Part shown: piece by piece, positions 51,574 to 61,257 of the stretch | Position numbering within the stretch: position 1 is the first letter of the stretch | Layout: each line of letters opens with the position of its first letter | Source: a virus | Lineage: Duplodnaviria; Caudoviricetes | Length of the DNA: 64,000 bases | Virus record (IMG/VR): IMGVR_UViG_2852743531_000003 | Span: 76,993 to 140,992 of that record | Strand: one strand, 5' to 3' | Program-made: the position numbers and the translations under genes | Notes under the pieces: generated by a model | What the model saw: only the letters and a program-made list of their open reading frames with translations | Databases searched by the model: none | Told to the model about the DNA's origin: nothing

Positions 51574-53874
51574 ATGAACGATCTGAGTGAGGCTCCGTAT
51601 GAATCCGATGCTGGCGTATTGCGTGAAGAACCGAATGAGTTGCACATGGAGCTGCTCAACGTCCTGAGCCTCAATCCGTGGGACGGCAATGACAGCGCAG
51701 TGCGCAAACAGATGTTTGCCTCGCACCTGGGACAGATGCTGACTTTCCGCGGTGCAACCGAGCGGTACTGCCAGACCGGCGCCGAACGGGAGTTCGCCAA
51801 ATACACCTTCTCGACCCGCGTGCCGGTCGACTGTCAGGTCATCCGCGTGATTGACCGCTACCGCGCAACGCTTGGGGCAGATTGCGTTATCCGCAACCGT
51901 GAAGACAATCCCCACACGCTCATCATCTACGAGGACGTTCATACCAACGAGATTGGCTGTATCGATGTGCAAACCCACACGTCGTATCACACACACTTCG
52001 GATTCCGCAATGTCATCAAGCCAGCGCTGTCACGCCTGAAGGCGGGCGACTGGCTCGCCGCCGGCACGATCCTGACTGATTCACCCTCAGTCACCGACGC
52101 GGGCGGCTACAAATATGGTCGTGAGTGCAATGTCGCCTTCATGACCCATCCCGCAACATCAGAAGACGGAGTGCTGGTCTCCTCGGATCTCGTCAAAGAA
52201 TTCGTCTTCAACAAGTTCGAAGTTCGCGTGGTGGAATTCGGCCACCGTTACTTTCCGCTGAACATCTACGGCGACGCGGAGAACTTCAAGGCATTTCCCG
52301 ACATCGGAGATTACGTCCGTCCCGACGGACTGCTGATGGCACTGCGATCTTACGATCGCGATCCGCAGAGTTACGATCGCGAGCTCGCGATTGTAGAGCA
52401 GGGCATGCATGACCTCATGGAGCCCGATCACGTGTTTGACCGCCTGACCTACGCTCGCACCGGTCGTGGGCGGGTCATCGATATCCGCGTACATCACGAC
52501 CGCCAGGCGAGTGTCTTTCCGACTCCACGGGGCATGGAAACACAGGCCGCACGATACGACGAGGCGCTGCACGAGTTTTACAGCGAAATCGTGAAGGAAT
52601 ACCGGCGGCTCGAACGCGAGCGCGGCAGGGAATATCTGCACCTGACACCCGAATTCCACCGACTGGTGGTGGAAGCGCTGGCAGCCACGACGCAGACAAA
52701 GGAACGCGTCTTCAAGCTGTACCGCAATGCACCGGTCGACGACTGGCGCATCGAGTTCGTGATCGAGTACGAGATCACGCCAACCGTCGGGTTCAAGATC
52801 ACTGACACTCATGGCGGCAAGGGAGTCATCTGCAAGGTGGTGCCGCCCGAAGCCATGCCCGTTGACGCGGACGGCAACCGCGCGGAAATCGTGTTTGCCC
52901 CAAACTCGATTGTCTCGCGCGAGAATCCCGGGCGCGCCTATGAACTCTTCATCAACGCGTATTCGCGCGATGTGGTGAATCAGATCTGCCGGTGGTTCGG
53001 GCTCAAGCCTCACGAGCAGAACACGCTTGCGAGAATCCGCGAGATCGAAAACGCAGGCCCTGCCCTCTTCAGGCAGGCAGTCGACTGGCTCATCGGCTAC
53101 TACGAAATCGTCGTGCCGGACATGGCAAAGTGGTTCACACCCGGCTCAGATCAATCTACCAACAGTCGCTACCAGAGGCCCATGGCTGAGCATCTGGCAA
53201 GCATCATCGCGGCCGGCATACTCACCCTGCACTACCCTCCCGATAATCCAAGGCACACCGCCGACATCGTCCGGCTGCTGGAAAAGAAGGGCTACTGGTC
53301 CACCTACGGGCCGGTTACCTATACCGGCAATTCGGGGCGCGAAGTAAGAACGAAGGTGCCGGTCCGCATCGGCAGCATGTACATCATCCTGCTCGAGAAG
53401 ATCGCTGACGACGGGACCGCGGTGTCGTCGGGCAAGACACAGCACTTTGGCGTCCTGTCTCCCGTCACCAACGTCGACAAATATGCCCTGCCCTACCGCC
53501 CGCAGTCGATCAGGGCATTTGGCGAAGCGGAGATGCGACTCATCGCGGCATATTGCGGACCGCGGGCGGTGGCCGAAATCGTTGACCGCAACAACAGCCG
53601 GGAGACACACCAGGCGATTCTGGATTCAATCCTCTGCGCGGAGAACCCTGCCGACATTGCCAGTGCAGTGGACCGCCCGGTCGTCCCCTATGGCAACAAC
53701 CGCCCGCTGCAACTCGTCAGGCACCTGCTTGCCTGCATGGGCGTCGAGTTTGTCTATACGCCTCACGTGCCGGATTGGCCCAACCCGTGGCCCAACGGAG
53801 CGCAGCCTGTCGTTCATCCCGACAACGGAGAACCCACCCAATCAGAGCCCGCCCCATGCGAGGAAATAACATGA
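51574..53874 (+). CDS. non-virion RNA polymerase beta C-terminal subunit (gp71-73-like)
   Basis: R.QMF.SH.GQ; YG...NVAFM; SEDG; GFKITDTHGGKGV; Y..LLEK; FGEAE. Confidence 0.9.
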   Translation: MNDLSEAPYESDAGVLREEPNELHMELLNVLSLNPWDGNDSAVRKQMFASHLGQMLTFRGATERYCQTGAEREFAKYTFSTRVPVDCQVIRVIDRYRATLGADCVIRNREDNPHTLIIYEDVHTNEIGCIDVQTHTSYHTHFGFRNVIKPALSRLKAGDWLAAGTILTDSPSVTDAGGYKYGRECNVAFMTHPATSEDGVLVSSDLVKEFVFNKFEVRVVEFGHRYFPLNIYGDAENFKAFPDIGDYVRPDGLLMALRSYDRDPQSYDRELAIVEQGMHDLMEPDHVFDRLTYARTGRGRVIDIRVHHDRQASVFPTPRGMETQAARYDEALHEFYSEIVKEYRRLERERGREYLHLTPEFHRLVVEALAATTQTKERVFKLYRNAPVDDWRIEFVIEYEITPTVGFKITDTHGGKGVICKVVPPEAMPVDADGNRAEIVFAPNSIVSRENPGRAYELFINAYSRDVVNQICRWFGLKPHEQNTLARIREIENAGPALFRQAVDWLIGYYEIVVPDMAKWFTPGSDQSTNSRYQRPMAEHLASIIAAGILTLHYPPDNPRHTADIVRLLEKKGYWSTYGPVTYTGNSGREVRTKVPVRIGSMYIILLEKIADDGTAVSSGKTQHFGVLSPVTNVDKYALPYRPQSIRAFGEAEMRLIAAYCGPRAVAEIVDRNNSRETHQAILDSILCAENPADIASAVDRPVVPYGNNRPLQLVRHLLACMGVEFVYTPHVPDWPNPWPNGAQPVVHPDNGEPTQSEPAPCEEIT

Positions 53875-55859
53875 GACGCATTTCTGCCAGAACGCTGCTG
53901 GACTACAGCACAGAGAGCCTCTGGGGCATGCTTCATGGCACGTTCCGGCTGATGTTCGACGATGGAGAACTGCAGGTCGATCACCGTTCGACGCTGTACA
54001 GCAGCTACGGATGGGATCTGCTCCGGGAATATCCAGCTGCGCCGGTCCTCATGAGACATCACGTCACGCACGTCCTGGATGGTCGCCGGCTGGACACCGG
54101 TACACATCTGAAACTGCTGGCCAATGTAGCGTGGGACGTGCTTGATGCCTATGAGTCAGATCCTGTTGTCACGGTCGACCGGATCGGACGACGCACGTAT
54201 GAGATCGTCAACACGATGTACAACGATCTCTCGTTGCGGCTCGAGGAGTACATCGTTTCCTTCGATATCTCGGACTTCGTCAAGGTAGTCGATCATCCTC
54301 CCGTTGTGGAAGCGAAAAGGCCGGTGTACGCAGTGCCGCTGGGTGAAGTCACTGACCGCATGCTCGAAGACGCATATTCTCAGGTAGGCACAATCATCCG
54401 CGAGGACCCCGCGCTCGATCGCAATCCGATCGTGATCGCCGCGCGCTCGGGAACCGTGCGCTTCGAACAACTGCTCGAGTGCGTCGCATTTCGCGGAAAG
54501 ATTACGGATATTGACTCGAACCAGTTCGAGCTGCCGGTACTGCCGAGCTTTACCGAAGGCATCCGCAGTTTCCGGGATTCGCTCGTCGAGTCGAGATCGG
54601 CCGCCAAGTCCCTGTTCTTCGCCGCGGCACCACTGCAGGATACCGAGTATTTTTCGCGGCGCCTGCAGCTCATGTCCATGAACATCCAGCGGTTGCACCA
54701 TGGCGATTGCGGTACCGATCAGTATTCGCACTGGATGGTGCGCACGGACGATATCGCGCTGCTGGCCGGCATGAACTATCTCGATGAAGCATCCGGTGAG
54801 CTCAGGACCATCCGCAAGCGCGATACGGATCTCGTCGGCAGGACCATCCGGTTGCGCACGGTCCTGCATTGCGCTCATCCGGATCCGGCGGGTGTGTGTT
54901 CAGCCTGTTTCGGAGAACTATCCCGATCAGTACCGAAAGACACCAACATCGGACACCTGTGCTGCATGCTGCTCACCGAGAAGTCATCGCAGTCGGTGCT
55001 CGCAGTCAAGCACCTGGATAGAACTGCATCGATCGAACCAGCGGTGTTGCATCAGGCGGACCGGCAGTTCCTGAGACTGGGCGCCGATGAAAATTCGTAC
55101 CTGCTGGCCGCGCGACTGAAAGGCAGGCCGGTCAGGCTCATTATCCCGGGAGAGGCAATACCCAATATCAACGACATATTTGAAGTCGAAAACGTCGAGA
55201 ACCTGAACATCGCGCGCTTCTCGCAGGTCCCGTGTATCAGCATTGTGACGGGGGAAGTCGGCGTTGCCACGGGTCCAGAAATTCCAACCCGCGCGGGGCA
55301 GCGCGTCGCGTCTATCACGCACGAGCTCATGCGCCACATCCGCAAGGTCGGCCTGACGAGCGACGAGAGAGGCAACCACGTCATCGACATGGAGGGATGG
55401 AACAGTTCGTGGCCCATTCTCGCGTTGCCACTGAAACACTTCAGCATGGCGGATCATTCGAAGGATATTGCCAAGCTGCTGGAATCGAGCGTGGGCATGA
55501 TGCAGAAGCGGGACAAGAGGACGTTGCCCGATGATGCGCTCGTCGAACTTTTCGATCTCGTCAACAGCAAACTCGACGTAAATCTGACGGTCCTTGCCAT
55601 GGTGCTGCGGCAGGCCATGATCGTCTCGGCCGAGACGCTTGACTACAGTCTGCCCAAGCCGTGGACGACCGCGGGTCTTGGTGTCATGTCGCTATCAATG
55701 AAACACCGCTCGCTCTCGGCTGCGATGGCCTTCGAACATCACCGCGAAGTGCTGACCGATCCAGTGAGTTTCATTCACACGAGGCGCATGGATCATCCGT
55801 TCGACGTGTTCCTCTCTCCTCGCGAGATTCTTCAGCCCGAGACCTGCGTCTCCGGTTGA
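53871..55859 (+). CDS. non-virion RNA polymerase beta' C-terminal subunit (gp74-like)
   Basis: ATGA coupling; ESRSAAKSL...EYFSRRL (bridge-helix-like), DCGT, C.HPD..GVC..CFG Zn site, SQSVL.VKH. Confidence 0.88.
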   Translation: MRRISARTLLDYSTESLWGMLHGTFRLMFDDGELQVDHRSTLYSSYGWDLLREYPAAPVLMRHHVTHVLDGRRLDTGTHLKLLANVAWDVLDAYESDPVVTVDRIGRRTYEIVNTMYNDLSLRLEEYIVSFDISDFVKVVDHPPVVEAKRPVYAVPLGEVTDRMLEDAYSQVGTIIREDPALDRNPIVIAARSGTVRFEQLLECVAFRGKITDIDSNQFELPVLPSFTEGIRSFRDSLVESRSAAKSLFFAAAPLQDTEYFSRRLQLMSMNIQRLHHGDCGTDQYSHWMVRTDDIALLAGMNYLDEASGELRTIRKRDTDLVGRTIRLRTVLHCAHPDPAGVCSACFGELSRSVPKDTNIGHLCCMLLTEKSSQSVLAVKHLDRTASIEPAVLHQADRQFLRLGADENSYLLAARLKGRPVRLIIPGEAIPNINDIFEVENVENLNIARFSQVPCISIVTGEVGVATGPEIPTRAGQRVASITHELMRHIRKVGLTSDERGNHVIDMEGWNSSWPILALPLKHFSMADHSKDIAKLLESSVGMMQKRDKRTLPDDALVELFDLVNSKLDVNLTVLAMVLRQAMIVSAETLDYSLPKPWTTAGLGVMSLSMKHRSLSAAMAFEHHREVLTDPVSFIHTRRMDHPFDVFLSPREILQPETCVSG

Positions 55860-55932
55860 AAGAACCTGCGTTGCGGGGCGTCAGCTGGAAGTCCGATGCC
55901 CCCATATCACCATTCTCTTTACCAGACCGGTC

Positions 55933-57462
55933 ATGGCGGAATTACGTTTATCAGTGCGGTCGCATCATTTCGTGGTGGACCGGATGTCTCCCCAAGGACG
56001 CGAAGTCGTCGAAAAGTTTGCGAGGCAGTTTATCCAGTACGGCCGCCGACGCCGGGGCCGCCGGTATATCAGCGGGCGGCTGCATGATTACTTCGCCTGG
56101 CGGGAAGACCATCGCGAGTGCCGGTTCCACATCAATGTGCTCGAGCGTTTCGAGCAGCACCTCGTTGGGTGTGGAATCGGTCATGAATCGCTCATCGAGA
56201 GGATCGAGGAGCCAGTACCTGTTGCGCGGGAGATTAATGTGTCCATCCGCGATAGATGGACGTTGCGGGATTATCAGGAGCCCGCGGTCGATTACATCAC
56301 CGCGGATGGCGAGCCGCGATCGCGCTTCATCGGACTACAGACCGGCAAGGGCAAGGGCATTGTGTCCCTCTTCGGTATAAGCCGCCTACGGTTGAGAACG
56401 CTCATCGAGGTGCTGCCGAAGTACATCGAAAAGTGGGTGCTGGAGATCCGCGAGATCTGCGACGTTGAGCTTGAAGATGTCATGGTGGTGCGCGGTGTGC
56501 GGCATCTGAAAGCGCTGCTGGCGATGGCGGCTTCCGGTACCCTGCATAGCCCGATTGTAATCATCAGCAGCAAGACACTGCAGCGATGGATCAACGTCTA
56601 TGAGCGTCACGGCGAAACCACGCTGCAGATGGGCTACGCCTGTCTGCCAGATCAGCTCATGGGATGGCTCGGCGCCGGCCTACGTCTCATCGATGAAGTG
56701 CACGAGCATTTTTCCATGCAGTTCCGCTTCGACCTCTATACGCACTGCCAACGATCACTTTCGCTGTCGGCGACGCTGCTACACAGCGATGGATTTCTCA
56801 ACAGGATGTACGAGATCGCGTACCCGACTCCGACGCGCTACAAGAGCCCGGCCTATGACCGGTACGTGAGGGTGACCGCCCTTTTCTACCGCTTCAGGCA
56901 TCCCGAACGTATCCGCTACCGCGATCCACTCACCAAAAACTACTCGCACCAGCGCTTCGAGTTAAGCGTCATGAAGGATCCCGAACTGCTTCACCGCTAT
57001 CTGGATCTCATCGATGGGATCGTCCGGATGAGGTATCTGGAGGGCCACATTCCAGGCGAAAGACTCGCTGTCTTTTTTACCACGGTCGCCATGTGTACGC
57101 GGGCAACCGAGTTCTTCCGCGGACGCCATCCCCATCTCGATGTGCGGCGCTACATCGAAGAAGACCCTTTCGAGAATGCGATCACGCCGGATATCCGGAG
57201 CACCACCCTCCTCTCGGGTGGCACGGCAATCGACATCCCGAATCTGACCACGGTAATCCTGGCTATTGCGCTCAGCAGCGTGCAAGCCAACCTGCAGGTA
57301 CTCGGGCGCCTGCGCAGGCTCACCAGTGGCAGGGTCCCGGAGTTCATCTACCTGAACTGCATGGACATCATTCAGCACCGTGTCTATCACGAGCGCAAGG
57401 TCGAACTGTTCCGGTATCGGGCACTTCACCATGACACGGAGTTCATCCACTCCCCCATTTGA
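55933..57462 (+). CDS. SF2 DExH helicase (gp75-like)
   Basis: LRDYQ, QTGKGK, DEVH, LSAT, Q.LGRLR. Confidence 0.9.
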   Translation: MAELRLSVRSHHFVVDRMSPQGREVVEKFARQFIQYGRRRRGRRYISGRLHDYFAWREDHRECRFHINVLERFEQHLVGCGIGHESLIERIEEPVPVAREINVSIRDRWTLRDYQEPAVDYITADGEPRSRFIGLQTGKGKGIVSLFGISRLRLRTLIEVLPKYIEKWVLEIREICDVELEDVMVVRGVRHLKALLAMAASGTLHSPIVIISSKTLQRWINVYERHGETTLQMGYACLPDQLMGWLGAGLRLIDEVHEHFSMQFRFDLYTHCQRSLSLSATLLHSDGFLNRMYEIAYPTPTRYKSPAYDRYVRVTALFYRFRHPERIRYRDPLTKNYSHQRFELSVMKDPELLHRYLDLIDGIVRMRYLEGHIPGERLAVFFTTVAMCTRATEFFRGRHPHLDVRRYIEEDPFENAITPDIRSTTLLSGGTAIDIPNLTTVILAIALSSVQANLQVLGRLRRLTSGRVPEFIYLNCMDIIQHRVYHERKVELFRYRALHHDTEFIHSPI

Positions 57463-57607
57463 AGCTTACGATCAGACGCCACAGGGTCAACCCGTTTATT
57501 TCGTAGTCCTAATTTAAATGAAAACAAACTCCGACAGATATCACCACTGCGGAGCGCCATGAAGGCGCCCGCTTCACACCAGCACATCCACAAGGAGGAA
57601 GGTCATC

Positions 57608-58174
57608 ATGTTGACACTGGCTTATAGTGCGGACCGGGTCCGCGAGGCAGAAAATCGGGTGCAGGATTTCTGCCTCGACATCAGGGAGCGAATCCGGGCG
57701 CACGGCTATGTTTGCCTTGACGCGTCGAACACGATCGCCGATCGTACCGACCAGTTTTTCTTCACGGCCGGACTGACGGAATCGCAACTGCCCGAGCTGA
57801 TCGTCTCGGGCAATATCAGCCGTCGCTCTGCCCTGCTGCTCATTGAACGGGTGGTCCGGGAGCTTTCGAAGACGAAGGGGCAGACGCCGCTTGGCATCCG
57901 AGACGATCTGATCCCTGGCCGGGTTGAGTTGCGCCTGATAGCCACGCCGGATACGGCGACGCCGGGGGAACACGCCGGCATGAGCCAGTTGCTTGATGAG
58001 CTGTATCCAGGCCGTGCCTGCGTGGTGCAGATCATCTGGGCCGATGCAGACAGGCAGCTACCGGATTCAACGGGAGGTCAGGCGACCCAATGCAGACAGG
58101 TCGTGTTTCCCCAGCTGCCGTTCGTGACCGGTACCGTTTGTGACGCACCCGCATCGGAAGAAGGAGTATGTTGA
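57608..58174 (+). CDS. DUF4262-like protein
   Basis: F.FT.GL....LPELIVSG; VQIIW.D....LP. Confidence 0.55.
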   Translation: MLTLAYSADRVREAENRVQDFCLDIRERIRAHGYVCLDASNTIADRTDQFFFTAGLTESQLPELIVSGNISRRSALLLIERVVRELSKTKGQTPLGIRDDLIPGRVELRLIATPDTATPGEHAGMSQLLDELYPGRACVVQIIWADADRQLPDSTGGQATQCRQVVFPQLPFVTGTVCDAPASEEGVC

Positions 58175-58782
58175 TGTCCGTGTACGAAACCCTGTGCCGC
58201 GATCAGGGACAGAATCGGGCCGAATTTGATCTGCTGGAAGCACAACTCGTCGAGCTGCTGGAAAAATCCGGTGAGGGCGGCCGGATACCGGAAGGCATCC
58301 GGGACTTGCGTCACGTGGCCACGCTCAGGCCGGGTGACACCGAATCCCGGTGCGTGGCTGCGCAGCAGTGCGCGCGGGTAGTGTGGTGGCTCGCCCGAGC
58401 GTTCTGGACCGCGGAAGTCGCCTGCAGTTTGATCTATGGTATCGATCCTCCTGTCGACGCAGCAGACGACGCTGCGCCGGTCGAATGCCATGCGCTCGAC
58501 GGACGCTTGCTGACCGGCAATTCCGCCGAAGTGTACGACGCCTGGGTGCTGCTCCAGTCCCTGTTGGCCTGGGTGGATCGACAGGTCGAGCAGGCCGAAG
58601 CGACGCCGGAAACACCGGCTTGCGAAGTCAGCCCCGCGGAGTTCATTAACTGGTGTCAGGACGAAGGCATCGATACCAGTTACCTGCGGCTCATTCGTAC
58701 GTTGATCGGCGTAGGCAACGGCTCGCTTGTTGGACGTCTGCCGCTTGCTGATGTCCAGATCTTCAAACCGGGGAAGCAATGA
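58168..58782 (+). CDS. hypothetical protein
   Basis: AGGAG RBS; overlaps upstream gene; convergent with rep. Confidence 0.55.
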   Translation: MLMSVYETLCRDQGQNRAEFDLLEAQLVELLEKSGEGGRIPEGIRDLRHVATLRPGDTESRCVAAQQCARVVWWLARAFWTAEVACSLIYGIDPPVDAADDAAPVECHALDGRLLTGNSAEVYDAWVLLQSLLAWVDRQVEQAEATPETPACEVSPAEFINWCQDEGIDTSYLRLIRTLIGVGNGSLVGRLPLADVQIFKPGKQ

Positions 58783-60013
58783 CCCTGGTAGTTTCCAAGT
58801 GAGGCTGGAGAGATTCCAGCCTCACCCTCCCCCCTTCATTTTTTGGCCCTGCCTTGAGGTCCTTCCGGCCGGGCTTGAGCACATCCCAGATACCCGCGAT
58901 GTGAGCGCGTGTTGCCGGCGTCACTGGAACCCTGGGTTCGGTCCTGGCGAAGGACATTGCGACGGTTGCGAGTCCGACAGGCACGGCTTCTCGCAGCCGG
59001 CCGCCGGCGAGAGCAGTTGCAAAGCCTGCCTGCCAGTTCGTCGCCTGACGCTCGATTCCTTCCTCGTGGCTGTAGACCGAGAGGTGTTCGCCGGAAGCGT
59101 CGACGCTATAGCGCAGCTTTCGATCGACGTCCTCGAAGACCTTCCCGGCGCTCTGCTTCGCCACCGCCTGTGCCTCGACCGCGCGCTGCCTGCGGGCCTC
59201 GGCTTCGGCGCTGGCCTGGCTGCGTTGGCGCAACTGGTGCGAAAAATCGACAGGGTTGCGGAGCAGGGCGCCAAGGTAACAGATGGGTCGCTTGGCGGCC
59301 TTCAGATGTTGCCACGTAACTTCGACGACATCGGAAAGTCTCTTGCCTGCATCACGCGCTTGGCGCATGAGTTTGAAGATCAGGAAATCAGAAAAACCCA
59401 GGGACCGCAGGCGCTGGAGGTCCGCAGGCACTTGCCCCGGTTGTCTCTTTTGAAGAGAAGCAGGGTAAAGATCCTTATATATAGCACCGTGTGCCACAGT
59501 GGCACACGGACCATTTGCCTGGTCTGGGCCCTTGCCCTCGTCGGAGCCGCCCGCGTCTGCAGTGGCGGGGACAACCGGAGCCGGGCGTTCCTCCACGAGG
59601 CCGAGGAGTTCCGCGGCCTGCTGTGTCAGGTGCAGGTAGGCACGACCAAAGAGTCCCGCTTCGACATAGCGGTTTTGGGGGCGACGCTCGACCAGGCCAG
59701 CGGTTTCGAGATCATGGAGGGCTCGGTACAGTGTGCGCATGGATTGCAGGGCACGGCCGGTGAGGAGTTCACGCCGGGCAAAAATCGAGGCAAAAGGGCG
59801 ATCGGCGTCAACGGTGCGGGCGAGTGCCGAGAGCAGGGCGCGTGCGCGTTGTGAGATGCCGTCGATGTGATTGGCGCGAAAGGCAGCGCGAAAGATCACC
59901 CACGGGAGATTCGTGGTGTCGCACTGGAATGCAGAAAGGGCGGCCTGATCGGAATGGGCTGGAGAAGGGTGTGTTGATCCCTCGCCAGCAACGAAATGTT
60001 GCGCGATAGACAT
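58763..60013 (-). CDS. putative plasmid replication initiator (N-terminal winged HTH)
   Basis: ARRELL....QSMRTLYRALHDLE..GLVER HTH; second helical domain (PICYL.ALL); directly downstream of parAB; internal AT-rich patch near 59440-59485. Confidence 0.7.
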   Translation of the reverse strand: MSIAQHFVAGEGSTHPSPAHSDQAALSAFQCDTTNLPWVIFRAAFRANHIDGISQRARALLSALARTVDADRPFASIFARRELLTGRALQSMRTLYRALHDLETAGLVERRPQNRYVEAGLFGRAYLHLTQQAAELLGLVEERPAPVVPATADAGGSDEGKGPDQANGPCATVAHGAIYKDLYPASLQKRQPGQVPADLQRLRSLGFSDFLIFKLMRQARDAGKRLSDVVEVTWQHLKAAKRPICYLGALLRNPVDFSHQLRQRSQASAEAEARRQRAVEAQAVAKQSAGKVFEDVDRKLRYSVDASGEHLSVYSHEEGIERQATNWQAGFATALAGGRLREAVPVGLATVAMSFARTEPRVPVTPATRAHIAGIWDVLKPGRKDLKAGPKNEGGRVRLESLQPHLETTRVIASPV

Positions 60014-60051
60014 GTCGAGCGTTCCATTTTTAGAAAATGGATTGAAAACGC

Positions 60052-60079
60052 TTGACTGGCTATCTCACTGCGCTACACT
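60052..60079 (+). promoter_or_regulatory. sigma70-like promoter antisense to rep leader
   Basis: TTGACT-16 bp-TACACT. Confidence 0.6.
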
Positions 60080-60084
60080 CCGAT

Positions 60085-60195
60085 CTTGTGAGTTGACCTT
60101 TCCAGTTTCCAGCTGGAGAGTGTAGTGAGCGAAGGTTTCCAGCCAAGCCCACTTACGCAAAAGCCCTCAGTTTCCAGCTGGGGGCTTTTGTCTTT
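60085..60195 (+). ncRNA. candidate counter-transcribed copy-control RNA (~110 nt)
   Basis: promoter upstream, terminator CAAAAGCCCTCAG/CTGGGGGCTTTTG+TCTTT at 60158-60195, three GTTTCCAGC copies, no ORF. Confidence 0.55.
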
Positions 60196-60264
60196 CTGGC
60201 AGTTATTTCACTGCGCTCTCCTCATCCGTACTACGGATCGCAATAAAATCAATCACTTAGCGTT

Positions 60265-61257
60265 TTAAGACTTCGCGGCGAGTAGTTCGAGGTGTTGCTT
60301 GATGGCCTCTTGAACAGCATCTGCTACGGCTTCCGACTGGAACTCGATGCGCATGATGTTTTTTGTCGTGCGAACGTCGCACCATGTGCTTTTCCCAGTC
60401 TTGACCTTGTACACCGCGGCAACCGCCTTGGCTGGCTTGGGCGTCTCGACGGCCTTAGCATATTTGACCGCCTGCGCCTGATCCAGCTCACGCTCGGAGA
60501 GGCGTCGCACCGCTTCCACAACCCGATCTGCGTTCCCGGTCTCTGCAATCGTTGCCAGCTCCGCTGCCGCGTTGGCACCCATGATTGCCTTGTTGGCGTC
60601 GAGGATGGCCCGTGCTTGCTCTGGCAGGCGGTTGAAGGAGAGAAGGGCGTTGATGTGCGAGCTGCTGATGCCGACGCGCTCACCAAGCTCCGCCTGACTC
60701 AGTTCGGGATGCTTTGCATGGATGCGCGTCAAGCCGATGTACTTCTCATAGTCGGTCAGGTCTGATTGCATCAGATTGGCCCAGAAGGCGCCGTCATCTG
60801 CTTCGTCACCCGTGGCATCGCCCAGTACACAGCGAATGGTCGAACGTCCTAGTTCTCGATAGGCGTCGACCCGGTGGTGACCCGACTGGATTTCATATCC
60901 GCCTTCGGCACGAGGCAGAATAACGACCAGTTGGATGAGCTTGTTGTGACGCAAGTTCTCCCGCAGTTCGATGAATTTCTCCGGTGGCATATAGCGCCGG
61001 CGGCCGACGACTTCATGTAGCTGGTCGAGCGGAATCTCGACACCGCTAGGTGCGCCGCTCTGCTTCTGTGCTCGGAGTTCGGCCAACTCTACGGACATTG
61101 CGTCGATTTCGGCTTGCTTTTCGCGCATCGCCGATTGGAACGCCAACGCCCCACCAGGGGCAGTTCTTGGACGAAAGGGATCACCAGCTGTCGAGTGGGA
61201 GGGCTCGGGGACCTCGATGTCCTTTGTTTTTTCACTGAGTCGTTGTGCTGCGCGCAT
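60265..61257 (-). CDS. parB: ParB partition protein
   Basis: YEIQSGHHR ParB motif; HTH SQAELGERVGISSSHI; TAATG coupling with parA. Confidence 0.9.
   Translation of the reverse strand: MRAAQRLSEKTKDIEVPEPSHSTAGDPFRPRTAPGGALAFQSAMREKQAEIDAMSVELAELRAQKQSGAPSGVEIPLDQLHEVVGRRRYMPPEKFIELRENLRHNKLIQLVVILPRAEGGYEIQSGHHRVDAYRELGRSTIRCVLGDATGDEADDGAFWANLMQSDLTDYEKYIGLTRIHAKHPELSQAELGERVGISSSHINALLSFNRLPEQARAILDANKAIMGANAAAELATIAETGNADRVVEAVRRLSERELDQAQAVKYAKAVETPKPAKAVAAVYKVKTGKSTWCDVRTTKNIMRIEFQSEAVADAVQEAIKQHLELLAAKS

Noticed and set aside
38689-53874. Introns or homing endonucleases in RNAP genes, as in phiKZ
   Set aside because: Both ORFs are continuous and no HNH or intein motifs were seen
38689-55859. 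Host rpoB/rpoC or their pseudogene fragments
   Set aside because: Split into separate, highly diverged genes in phiKZ nvRNAP order; no ribosomal protein neighbours
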